Shown piece by piece: positions 41,101 through 55,900 of a stretch of 64,000 bases of DNA (position 1 is its first letter; the number at the start of each line of letters is the position of its first letter). This DNA comes from Eledone cirrhosa (taxonomy: Eukaryota): the NCBI GenBank assembly GCA_964016885.1, contig OZ024752.1:17794001-17858000 (forward strand), read 5' to 3'. Position numbers and translations under genes: made by a program. Under the pieces are notes generated by a model. It searched no databases, was not told the DNA's origin, and saw nothing but the letters and a program-made list of their open reading frames with translations.

Positions 41101-43559
41101 CCTTCTTATATGGTCTACAACTCCACCATTCTAACTCATTCTTATATGGTCTACAACTCCACCATTCTAACTCCTTCTTATATGGTCTACAACTCCACCA
41201 TTCTAACTCCTTCTTATATGGTCTACAACTCCACCATTCTAACTCCTTCTTATATGGTCTACAACTCCACCATTCTAATTCCTTCTTATATGGTCTACAA
41301 CTCCACCATTCTAATTCCTTCTTATATGGTGTACAACTCCACCATTCTAACTCCTTCATATATGGTCTACAACTCCACCATTCTAACTCCTTCTTATATG
41401 GTGTACAACTCCACCATTCTAATTGCTTCTTATATGGTCTACAACTCCACCATTCTAATTCTTTCTTATATGGTCTACAACTCCACCATTCTAACTCCTT
41501 CTTATATGGTCTACAACTCCACCATTCTAACTCCTTCGTATATGGTCTACAACTCCACCATTCTAACTCCTTATATGGTCTACAACTCCACCATTCTAAC
41601 TCCGTCTTATATGGTGTACAACTCCACCATTCTAATTCCTTCTTATATGGTCTAAAACACCACCATTCTAATTCCTTCTTATATGGTCTACAACTCCACC
41701 ATTCTAACTCCTTCATATATGGTCTACAACTCCACCATTCTAACTCCTTCTTATATGGTCTACAACTCCACCATTCTAACTCTTCTTATATGGTGTACAA
41801 CTCCACCATTCTAACTCCTTCTTATATGGTCTACAACTCCACCATTCTAACTCATTCTTATATGGTCTACAACTCCACCATTCTAACTCCTTCTTATATG
41901 GTCTACAACTCCACCATTCTAACTCCTTCTTATATGGTCTACAACTCCACCATTCTAACTCCTTCTTATATAGTGTACAACTCCACCATTCTAACTCCTT
42001 CTTATATGGTGTACAACTCCACCATTCTAAATCCTTCTTATATGGTCTACAACTCCACAATTCTAACTCCTTCTTATATGGTCTACAACTCCACCATTCT
42101 AATTCCTTCTTATATGGTCTACAACTCCACCATTCTAATTCCTTCTTATATGGTGTACAACTCCACCATTCTAACTCCTTCGTATATGGTCTACAACTGC
42201 ACCATTATAACTCCTTCTTATATGGTGTACAACCTCCACCATTCTAATTGCTTCTTATATGGTCTACAACTCGACCATTCTAACTCTTTCTTATATGGTC
42301 TACAACTCCACCATTCTAACTCCTTCTTATATGGTCTACAACTCCACCATTCTAACTCCTTCGTATATGGTCTACAACTCCACCATTCTAACTCCTTATA
42401 TGGTCTACAACTCCACCATTCTAACTCCGTCTTATATGGTGTACAACTCCACCATTCTAATTCCTCTATATGGTCTACAACTCCACCATTCTAACTCCTT
42501 CATATATGGTCTACAACTCCACTATTCTAACTCCTTCTTATATGGTCTACAACTCCACCATTCAAACTCTTTCTTATATGGTGTACAACTCCACCATTCT
42601 AACTCTTTCTTATATGGTCTACAACTCCACCATTCTAACTCATTCTTATATGGTCTACAACTCCACCATTCTAACTCCTTCTTATATGGTGTACAACTCC
42701 ACCATTCTAACTCCTTCTTATATGGTCTACAACTCCACCATTCTAACTCCTTATATGTTCTACAACTCAACCATTCTAACTCCTTCTTATATGGTCTACA
42801 ACTCCACTATTCTAATTCCTTCTTATATGGTCTACAACTCCACCATTCTAAATCCTTCTTATATGGTGTACAACTCCACCATTCTAACTCCTTCTTATAT
42901 GGTCTACAACTCCACCATTCTAACTCCTTCTTATATGGTGTACAACTCCACCATTCTAATTCCTTCTTATATGGTCTACAACTCCACCATTCTAACTCCT
43001 TCTTATATGGTGTACAACTCCACCATTCTAATTCCTTCTTATATGGTCTACAACTCCACTATTCTAACTCCTTCTTATATGGTCTACAACTCCACCATTC
43101 TAATTCCTTCTTACATGGTCTACAACTCCACCATTCTAACTCCTTCATATATGGTCTACAACTCTACCATTCTAACTCCTTCTTATATGGTGTGCAACTC
43201 CACCATTCTAATTCCTTCTTATATGGTCTACAACTCCACCATTCTAACTCCTTCTTATATGTTCTACAACTCCACAATTCTAACTCCTTCTTATATGGTC
43301 TACAACTCCACCATTCTAATTCCTTCTTATATGGTCTACAACTCCACCATTCTAACTCCTTCATATATGGTCTACAACTCCACCATTCTAACTCCTTCTT
43401 ATATAGTGTACAACTCCACCATTCTAATTCCTTCTTATATGGTCTACAACTCCACCATTCTAACTCTTTCTTATATGGTCTACAACTCCACCATTCTAAC
43501 TCCTTCTTATATGGTCTACAACTCCACCATTCTAACTCCTTCGTATATGGTCTACAACT

Positions 43560-46500
43560 CCACCATTCTAACTCCTTATATGGTCTACAACTCCACCATT
43601 CTAACTCCGTCTTATATGGTGTACAACTCCACCATTCTAACTCCTTCTTATATGGTCTACAACTCCACCATTCTAACTCATTCTTATATGGTCTACAACT
43701 CCACCATTCTAACTCCTTCTTATATGGTCTACAACTCCACCATTCTAACTCCTTCTTATATGGTCTACAACTCCACCATTCTAACTCCTTCTTATATAGT
43801 GTACAACTCCACCATTCTAACTCCTTCTTATATGGTGTACAACTCCACCATTCTAACTCCTTCATATATGGTCTACAACTCCACCATTCTAACTCCTTCT
43901 TATATGGTGTACAACTCCACCATTCTAATTGCTTCTTATATGGTCTACAACTCCACCATTCTAACTCTTTCTTATATGGTCTACAACTCCACCATTCTAA
44001 CTCCTTCTTATATGGTCTACAACTCCACCATTCTAACTCCTTCGTATATGGTCTACAACTCCACCATTCTAACTCCTTATATGGTCTACAACTCCACCAT
44101 TCTAACTCCGTCTTATATGGTGTACAACTCCACCATTCTAATTCCTTCTTATATGGTCTACAACTCCACCATTCTAACTCCTTCATATATGGTCTACAAC
44201 TCCACCATTCTAACTCCTTCTTATATGGTCTACAACTCCACCATTCTAACTCTTTCTTATATGGTGTACAACTCCACCATTCTAACTCTTTCTTATATGG
44301 TCTACAACTCCACCATTCTAACTCATTCTTATATGGTCTACAACTCCACCATTCTAACTCCTTCTTATATGGTCTACAACTCCACCATTCTAACTCCTTC
44401 TTATATGGTGTACAACTCCACCATTCTAACTCCTTCTTATATGGTCTACAACTCCACCATTCTAAATCCTTCTTATATGGTCTACAACTCCACCATTCTA
44501 ACTCCTTCTTATATGGTCTACAACTCCACCATTCTAATTCCTTCTTATATGGTCTACAACTCCACCATTCTAACTCCTTCTTATATGGTGTACGACTCCA
44601 CCATTCTAATTCCTTCTTATATGGTCTACAACTCCACCATTCTAACTCTTTCTTATATGGTCTACAACTCCACCATTCAAACTCCTTCGTATATGGTCTA
44701 CAACTCCACCATTCTAACACCTTATATGGTCTACAACTCCACCATTCTAACTCCTTCTTATATGGTGTACAACTCCACCATTCTAACTCCTTCATATATG
44801 GTCTACAACTCCACCATTCTAACTCCTTCTTATATGGTGTACAACTCCATCATTCTAATTGCTTCTTATATGGTCTACAACTCCACCATTCTAACTCTTT
44901 CTTATATGGTCTACAACTCCACCATTCTAACTCCTTCTTATATGGTGTACAACTCCACCATTCTAACTCCTTCATATATGGTCTACAACTCCACCATTCT
45001 AACTCCTTCTTATATGGTGTACAACTCCACCATTCTAATTGCTTCTTATATGGTCTACAACTCCACCATTCTAACTCTTTCTTATATGGTCTACAACTCC
45101 ACCATTCTAACTCCTTCTTATATGGTCTACAACTCCACCATTCTAACTCCTTCTTATATGTTCTACAACTCCACAATTCTAACTCCTTCATATATGGTGT
45201 ACAACTCCACCATTCTAACTCCTTCGTATATGGTCTACAACTCCACCATTCTAACTCCTTATATGGTCTACAACTCCACCATTCTAACTCCGTCTTATAT
45301 GGTGTACAACTCCACCATTCTAACTCCTTCTTATATGGTCTACAACTCCACCATTCTAACTCATTCTTATATGGTCTACAACTCCACCATTCTAACTCCT
45401 TCTTATATGGTCTACAACTCCACCATTCTAACTCCTTCTTATATGGTCTACAACTCCACCATTCTAACTCCTTCTTATATAGTGTACAACTCCACCATTC
45501 TAACTCCTTCTTATATGCTGTACAACTCCACCATTCTAACTCCTTCATATATGGTCTACAACTCCACCATTCTAACTCCTTCTTATATGGTGTACAACTC
45601 CACCATTCTAATTCCTTCTTATATGGTCTACAACTCCACCATTCTAACTCTTTCTTATATGGTCTACAACTCCACCATTCTAACTCCTTCTTATATGGTC
45701 TACAACTCCACCATTCTAACTCCTTCGTATATGGTCTACAACTCCACCATTCTAACTCCTTATATGGTCTACAACTCCACCATTCTAACTCCGTCTTATA
45801 TGGTGTACAACTCCACCATTCTAACTCCTTCTTATATGGTCTACAACTCCACCATTCTAACTCATTCTTATATGGTCTACAACTCCACCATTCTAACTCC
45901 TTCTTATATGGTCTACAACTCCACCATTCTAACTCCTTCTTATATGGTCTACAACTCCACCATTCTAACTCCTTCTTATATAGTGTACAACTCCACCATT
46001 CTAACTCCTTCTTATATGGTGTACAACTCCACCATTCTAACTCCTTCATATATGGTCTACAACTCCACCATTCTAACTCCGTCTTATATGGTGTACAAAT
46101 CCACCATTCTAATTCCTTCTTATATGGTCTACAACTCCACCATTCTAACTCCTTCATATATGGTCTACAACTCCACCATTCTAACTCCTTCTTATATGGT
46201 CTACAACTCCACCATTCTAACTCTTTCTTATATGGTGTACAACTCCACCATTCTAACTCTTTCTTATATGGTCTACAACTCCACCATTCTAACTCATTCT
46301 TATATGGTCTACAACTCCACCATTCTAACTCCTTCTTATATGGTCTACAACTCCACCATTCTAACTCCTTCTTATATGGTGTACAACTCCACCATTCTAA
46401 CTCCTTCTTATATGGTCTACAACTCCACCATTCTAAATCCTTCTTATATGGTCTACAACTCCACCATTCTAACTCCTTCTTATATGGTCTACAACTCCAC

Positions 46501-48300
46501 CATTCTAATTCCTTCTTATATGGTCTACAACTCCACCATTCTAACTCCTTCTTATATGGTGTACAACTCCACCATTCTAATTCCTTCTTATATGGTCTAC
46601 AACTCCACCATTCTAACTCTTTCTTATATGGTCTACAACTCCACCATTCAAACTCCTTCGTATATGGTCTACAACTCCACCATTCTAACACCTTATATGG
46701 TCTACAACTCCACCATTCTAACTCCTTCTTATATGGTGTACAACTCCACCATTCTAACTCCTTCATATATGGTCTACAACTCCACCATTCTAACTCCTTC
46801 TTATATGGTGTACAACTCCACCATTCTAATTGCTTCTTATATGGTCTACAACTCCACCATTCGAACTCTTTCTTATATGGTCTACAACTCCACCATTCTA
46901 ACTCCTTCTTATATGGTCTACAACTCCACCATTCTAACTCCTTCTTATATGTTCTACAACTCCACAATTCTAACTCCTTCATATATGGTGTACAACTCCA
47001 CCATTCTAACTCCTTCGTATATGGTCTACAACTCCACCATTCTAACTCCTTATATGGTCTACAACTCCACCATTCTAACTCCGTCTTATATGGTGTACAA
47101 CTCCACCATTCTAACTCCTTCTTATATGGTCTACAACTCCACCATTCTAACTCATTCTTATATGGTCTACAACTCCACCATTCTAACTCCTTCTTATATG
47201 GTCTACAACTCCACCATTCTAACTCCTTCTTATATGGTCTACAACTCCACCATTCTAACTCCTTCTTATATAGTGTACAACTCCACCATTCTAACTCCTT
47301 CTTATATGGTGTACAACTCCACCATTCTAACTCCTTCATATATGGTCTACAACTCCACCATTCTAACTCCTTCTTATATGGTGTACAACTCCACCATTCT
47401 AATTGCTTCTTATATGGTCTACAACTCCACCATTCTAACTCTTTCTTATATGGTCTACAACTCCACCATTCTAACTCCTTCTTATATGGTCTACAACTCC
47501 ACCATTCTAACTCCTTCGTATATGGTCTACAACTCCACCATTCTAACTCCTTATATGGTCTACAACTCCACCATTCTAACTCCGTCTTATATGGTGTACA
47601 ACTCCACCATTCTAATTCCTTCTTATATGGTCTACAACTCCACCATTCTAACTCCTTCATATATGGTCTACAACTCCACCATTCTAACTCCTTCTTATAT
47701 GGTCTACAACTCCACCATTCTAACTCTTTCTTATATGGTGTACAACTCCACCATTCTAACTCTTTCTTATATGGTCTACAACTCCACCATTCTAACTCAT
47801 TCTTATATGGTCTACAACTCCACCATTCTAACTCCTTCTTATATGGTCTACAACTCCACCATTCTAACTCCTTCTTATATGGTGTACAACTCCACCATTC
47901 TAACTCCTTCTTATATGGTCTACAACTCCACCATTCTAAATCCTTCTTATATGGTCTACAACTCCACCATTCTAACTCCTTCTTATATGGTCTACAACTC
48001 CACCATTCTAATTCCTTCTTATATGGTCTACAACTCCACCATTCTAACTCCTTCTTATATGGTGTACAACTCCACCATTCTAATTCCTTCTTATATGGTC
48101 TACAACTCCACCATTCTAACTCTTTCTTATATGGTCTACAACTCCACCATTCTAACTCCTTCGTATATGGTCTACAACTCCACCATTCTAACACCTTATA
48201 TGGTCTTCAACTCCACCATTCTAACTCCTTCTTATATGGTGTACAACTCCACCATTCTAACTCCTTCATATATGGTCTACAACTCCACCATTCTAACTCC
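43560..48300. repeat. Cluster of imperfect 1.5-2.0 kb higher-order repeats (offsets 1971 and 1503 bp)
   Basis: aaatcc variant at 44464/46435/47938 and the 33-bp aacaccttat monomer at 44716/46687/48190; 55x36-9=1971 and 42x36-9=1503. Confidence 0.8.
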
Positions 48301-49994
48301 TTCTTATATGGTGTACAACTCCACCATTCTAACTCCTTCTTATATGGTCTACAACTCCACCATTCTAACTCCTTCTTATATGGTGTACAACTCCACCATT
48401 CTAATTCCTTCTTATATGGTTTACAACTCCACCATTCTAATTCCTTCTTATATGGTCTACAACTCCACCATTCTAACTCCTTCATATATGGTCTACAACT
48501 CCACCATTCTAACTCCTTCTTATATGGTCTACAACTCCACCATTCTAACTCCTTCTTATATGGTCTACAACTCCACCATTCTAATTCCTTCTTATATGGT
48601 GTACAACTCCACCATTCTAACTCCTTCATATATAGTCTACAACTCCACCATTCTAACTCCTTCTTATATGGTGTACAACTCCACCATTCTAATTGCTTCT
48701 TATATGGTCTACAACTCCACCATTCTAACTCTTTCTTATATGGTCTACAACTCCACCATTCTAACTCCTTCTTATATGGTCTACAACTCCACCATTCTAA
48801 CTCCTTCGTATATGGTCTACAACTCCACCATTCTAACTCCTTATATGGTCTACAACTCCACCATTCTAACTCCGTCTTATATGGTGTACAACTCCACCAT
48901 TCTAATTCCTTCTTATATGGTCTAAAACACCACCATTCTAATTCCTTCTTATATGGTCTACAACTCCACCATTCTAACTCCTTCTTATATGGTCTACAAC
49001 TCCACCATTCTAACTCTTCTTATATGGTGTACAACTCCACCATTCTAACTCCTTCTTATATGGTCTACAACTCCACCATTCTAACTCATTCTTATATGGT
49101 CTACAACTCCACCATTCTAACTCCTTCTTATATGGTCTACAACTCCGCCATTCTAACTCCTTCTTATATGGTCTACAACTCCACCATTCTAACTCCTTCT
49201 TATATAGTGTACAACTCCACCATTCTAACTCCTTCTTATATGGTGTACAACTCCACCATTCTAACTCTTTCTTATATGGTCTACAACTCCACAATTCTAA
49301 CTCCTTCTTATATGGTCTACAACTCCACCATTCTAATTCCTTCTTATATGGTGTACAACTCCACCATTCTAACTCCTTCATATATGGTCTACAACTCCAC
49401 CATTCTAACTCCTTCTTATATGGTGTACAACTCCACCATTCTAATTGCTTCTTATATGGTCTACAACTCCACCATTCTAACTCTTTCTTATATGGTCTAC
49501 AACTCCACCATTCTAACTCCTTCTTATATTGTCTACAACTCCACCATTCTAACTCCTTCGTATATGGTCTACAACTCCACCATTCTATCTCCTTATATGG
49601 TCTACAACTCCACCATTCTAACTCCGTCTTATATGGTGTACAACTCCACCATTCTAATTCCTTCTTATATGGTCTACAACTCCACCATTCTAACTCCTTC
49701 ATATATGGTCTACAACTCCACCATTCTAACTCCTTCTTATATGGTCTACAACTCCACCATTCTAACTCTTTCTTATATGGTGTACAACTCCACCATTCTA
49801 ACTCTTTCTTATATGGTCTACAACTCCACCATTCTAACTCATTCTTATATGGTCTACAACTCCACCATTCTAACTCCTTCTTATATGGTCTACAACTCCA
49901 CCATTCTAACTCCTTCTTATATGGTCTACAACTCCACCATTCTAACTCCTTCTTATATGGTCTACAACTCCACCATTCTAACTCCTTCTTATAT

Positions 49995-52900
49995 GGTCTA
50001 CAACTCCACCATTCTAACTCCTTCTTATATGGTCTACAACTCCACCATTCTAATTGCTTCTTATATGGTCTACAACTCCACCATTCTAACTCCTTCTTAT
50101 ATGGTGTACAACTCCACCATTCTAATTCCTTCTTATATGGTCTACAACTCCACCATTCTAACTCTTTCTTATATGGTCTACAACTCCACCATTCTAACTC
50201 CTTCGTATATGGTCTACAACTCCACCATTCTAACTCCTTATATGGTCTACAACTCCACCATTCTAACTCCTTCTTATATGGTGTACAACTCCACCATTCT
50301 AACTCCTTCATATATGGTCTACAACTCCACCATTCTAACTCCTTCTTATATGGTGTACAACTTCACCATTCTAATTGCTTCTTATATGGTCTACAACTCC
50401 ACCCTTCTAACTCTTTCTTATATGGTCTACAACTCCACCATTCTAACTCCTTCTTATATGGTCTACAACTCCACCATTCTAACTCCTTCTTATATAGTGT
50501 ACAACTCCACCATTCTAACTCCTTCTTATATGGTGTACAACTCCACCATTCTAATTCCTTCTTATATGGTCTACAACTCCACAATTCTAACTCCTTCTTA
50601 TATGGTCTACAACTCCACCATTCTAATTCCTTCTTATATGGTCTACAACTCCACCATTCTAATTCCTTCTTATATGGTGTACAACTCCACCATTCTAACT
50701 CTTTCATATATGGTCTACAACTCCACCATTCTAACTCCTTCTTATATGGTGTACAATTCCACCATTCTAATTCCTTCTTATATGGTCTACAACTCCACCA
50801 TTCTAACTCCTTCTTATATGGTCTACAACTCCACCATTCTAACTCCTTCTTATATGGTCTACAACTCCACCATTCTAACTCCTTCGTATATGGTCTACAA
50901 CTCCACCATTCTAACTCCTTATATGGTCTACAACTCCACCATTCTAACTCCGTCTTATATGGTGTACAACTCCACCATTCTAATTCCTTCTTATATGGTC
51001 TACAACTCCACCATTCTAATTCCTTCTTATATGGTCTACAACTCCACCATTCTAACTCCTTCATATATGGTCTACAACTCCACCATTCTAACTCCTTCTT
51101 ATATGGTCTACAACTCCACCATTCTAACTCTTTCTTATATGGTGTACAACTCCACCATTCTAACTCTTTCTTATATGGTCTACAACTCCACCATTCTAAC
51201 TCATTCTTATATGGTCTACAACTCCACCATTCTAACTCCTTCTTATATGGTCTACAACTCCACCATTCTAACTCCTTCTTATATGGTGTACAACTCCACC
51301 ATTCTAACTCTTTCTTATATGGTCTACAACTCCACTATTCTAACTCATTCTTATATGGTCTACAACTCCACCATTCTAACTCCTTCTTATATGGTCTACA
51401 ACTCCACCATTCTAACTCCTTCTTATATGGTGTACAACTCCACCATTCTAACTCCTTCTTATATGGTCTACAACTCCACCATTCTAACTCCTTCTTATAT
51501 GGTCTACAACTCCACCATTCTAACTCCTTCTTATAAGGTCTACAACTCCACCATTCTAATTCCTTCTTATATGGTCTACAACTCCACCATTCTAACTCCT
51601 TCTTATATGGTCTACAACTCCACCATTCTAACTCCTTCTTATATGGTCTACAACTCCACCATTCTAACTCCTTCGTATATGGTCTACAACTCCACCATTC
51701 TAACTCCTTATATGGTCTACAACTCCACCATTCTAACTCCGTCTTATATGGTGTACAACTCCACCATTCTAATTCCTTCTTATATGGTCTAAAACACCAC
51801 CATTCTAATTCCTTCTTATATGGTCTACAACTCCACCATTCTAACTCCTTCATATATGGTTTACAACTCCACCATTCTAACTCCTTCTTATATGGTCTAC
51901 AACTCCACCATTCTAACTCTTCTTATATGGTGTACAACTCCACCATTCTAACTCCTTCTTATATGGTCTACAACTCCACCATTCTAAGTCCTTCTTATAT
52001 GGTCTACAACTCCACCATTCTAACTCCTTCTTATATAGTGTACAACTCCACCGTTCTAACTCCTTCTTATATGGTGTACAACTCCACCATTCTAACTCCT
52101 TCTTATATGGTCTACAACTCCACAATTCTAACTCCTTCTTATATGGTCTACAACTCCACCATTCTAATTCCTTCTTATATGGTGTACAACTCCACCATTC
52201 TAACTCCTTCATATATGGTCTACAACTCCACCATTCTAACTCCTTCTTATATGGTGTACAACTCCACCATTCTAATTGCTTCTTATATGGTCTACAACTC
52301 CACCATTCTAACTCTTTCTTATATGGTCTACAACTCCACCATTCTAACTCCTTCTTATATTGTCTACAACTCCACCATTCTAACTCCTTCGTATATGGTC
52401 TACAACTCCACCATTCTAACTCCTTATATGGTCTACAACTCCACCATTCTAACTCCGTCTTATATGGTGTACAACTCCACCATTCTAACTCTTTCTTATA
52501 TGGTGTACAACTCCACCATTCTAACTCTTTCTTATATGGTCTACAACTCCACCATTCTAACTCATTCTTATATGGTCTACAACTCCACCATTCTAACTCC
52601 TTCTTATATGGTCTACAACTCCACCATTCTAACTCCTTCTTATATGGTGTACAACTCCACCATTCTAACTCCTTCTTATATGGTCTACAACTCCACCATT
52701 CTAACTCCTTCTTATATGGTCTACAACTCCACCATTCTAACTCCTCCTTATATGGTCTACAACTCCACCATTCTAATTCCTTCTTATATGGTCTACAACT
52801 CCACCATTCTAACTCCTTCTTATATGGTGTACAACTCCACCATTCTAATTCCTTCTTATATGGTACAACTCCACCATTCTAACTCTTTCTTATATGGTCT

Positions 52901-55900
52901 ACAACTCCACCATTCTAACTCCTTCGTATATGGTCTACAACTCCACCATTCTAACTCCTTATATGGTCTACAACTCCACCATTCTAACTCCTTCTTATAT
53001 GGTGTACAACTCCACCATTCTAACTCCTTCATATATGGTCTACAACTCCACCATTCTAACTCCTTCTTATATGGTGTACAACTCCACCATTCTATTTGCT
53101 TCTTATATGGTCTACAACTCCACCATTCTAACTCTTTCTTATATGGTCTACAACTCCACCATTCTAACTCCTTCTTATATGGTCTACAACTCCACCATTC
53201 TAACTCCTTCGTATATGGTCTACAACTCCACCATTCTAACTCCTTATATGGTCTACAACTCCACCATTCTAACTCCGTCTTATATGGTGTACAACTCCAC
53301 CATTCTAATTCCTTCTTATATGGTCTACAACTCCACCATTCTAACTCCTTCATATATGGTCTACAACTCCACCATTCTAACTCCTTCTTATATGGTCTAC
53401 AACTCCACCATTCTAACTCTTTCTTATATGGTGTACAACTCCACCATTCTAACTCTTTCTTATATGGTCTACAACTCCACCATTCTAACTCATTCTTATA
53501 TGGTCTACAACTCCACCATTCTAACTCCTTCTTATATGGTCTACAACTCCACCATTCTAACTCCTTCTTATATGGTGTACAACTCCACCATTCTAACTCC
53601 TTCTTATATGGTCTACAACTCCACCATTCTAAATCCTTCTTATATGGTCTACAACTCCACCATTCTAACTCCTTCTTATATGGTCTACAACTCCACCATT
53701 CTAATTCCTTCTTATATGGTCTACAACTCCACCATTCTAACTCCTTCTTATATGGTGTACAACTCCACCATTCTAATTCCTTCTTATATGGTCTACAACT
53801 CCACCATTCTAACTCTTTCTTATATGGTCTACAACTCCACCATTCTAACTCCTTCTTATATGGTCTACAACTCCACCATTCTAACTCCTTCTTATATGGT
53901 GTACAACTCCACCATTCTAACTCCTTCTTATATGGTCTACAACTCCACCATTCTAACTCCTTCTTATATGGTGTACAACTCCACCATTCTAATTGCTTCT
54001 TATATGGTCTACAACTCCACCATTCTAACTCTTTCTTATATGGTCTACAACTCCACCATTCTAACTCCTTCTTATATGGTGTACAACTCCACCATTCTAA
54101 CTCCTTCATATATGGTCTACAACTCCACCATTCTAACTCCTTCTTATATGGTGTACAACTCCACCATTCTAATTGCTTCTTATATGGTCTACAACTCCAC
54201 CATTCTAACTCTTTCTTATATGGTCTACAACTCCACCATTCTAACTCCTTCTTATATGGTCTACAACTCCACCATTCTAACTCCTTCTTATATGTTCTAC
54301 AACTCCACAATTCTAACTCCTTCATATATGGTGTACAACTCCACCATTCTAACTCCTTCGTATATGGTCTACAACTCCACCATTCTAACTCCTTATATGG
54401 TCTACAACTCCACCATTCTAACTCCGTCTTATATGGTGTACAACTCCACCATTCTAACTCCTTCTTATATGGTCTACAACTCCACCATTCTAACTCATTC
54501 TTATATGGTCTACAACTCCACCATTCTAACTCCTTCTTATATGGTCTACAACTCCACCATTCTAACTCCTTCTTATATGGTCTACAACTCCACCATTCTA
54601 ACTCCTTCTTATATAGTGTACAACTCCACCATTCTAACTCCTTCTTATATGGTGTACAACTCCACCATTCTAACTCCTTCATATATGGTCTACAACTCCA
54701 CCATTCTAACTCCTTCTTATATGGTGTACAACTCCACCATTCTAATTCCTTCTTATATGGTCTACAACCCCACCATTCTAACTCTTTCTTATATGGTCTA
54801 CAACTCCACCATTCTAACTCCTTCTTATATGGTCTACAACTCCACCATTCTAACTCCTTCGTATATGGTCTACAACTCCACCATTCTAACTCCTTATATG
54901 GTCTACAACTCCACCATTCTAACTCCTTCTTATATGGTCTACAACTCCACCATTCTAATTGCTTCTTATATGGTCTACAACTCCACCATTCTAACTCCTT
55001 CTTATATGGTGTACAACTCCACCATTCTAATTCCTTCTTATATGGTCTACAACTCCACCATTCTAACTCTTTCTTATATGGTCTACAACTCCACCATTCT
55101 AACTCCTTCGTATATGGTCTACAACTCCACCATTCTAACTCCTTATATGGTCTACAACTCCACCATTCTAACTCCTTCTTATATGGTGTACAACTCCACC
55201 ATTCTAACTCCTTCATATATGGTCTACAACTCCACCATTCTAACTCCTTCTTATATGGTGTACAACTTCACCATTCTAATTGCTTCTTATATGGTCTACA
55301 ACTCCACCATTCTAACTCTTTCTTATATGGTCTACAACTCCACCATTCTAACTCCTTCTTATATGGTCTACAACTCCACCATTCTAACTCCTTCTTATAT
55401 AGTGTACAACTCCACCATTCTAACTCCTTCTTATATGGTGTACAACTCCACCATTCTAATTCCTTCTTATATGGTCTACAACTCCACAATTCTAACTCCT
55501 TCTTATATGGTCTACAACTCCACCATTCTAATTCCTTCTTATATGGTCTACAACTCCACCATTCTAATTCCTTCTTATATGGTGTACAACTCCACCATTC
55601 TAACTCTTTCATATATGGTCTACAACTCCACCATTCTAACTCCTTCTTATATGGTGTACAACTCCACCATTCTAATTCCTTCTTATATGGTCTACAACTC
55701 CACCATTCTAACTCCTTCTTATATGGTCTACAACTCCACCATTCTAACTCCTTCTTATATGGTCTACAACTCCACCATTCTAACTCCTTCGTATATGGTC
55801 TACAACTCCACCATTCTAACTCCTTATATGGTCTACAACTCCACCATTCTAACTCCGTCTTATATGGTGTACAACTCCACCATTCTAATTCCTTCTTATA

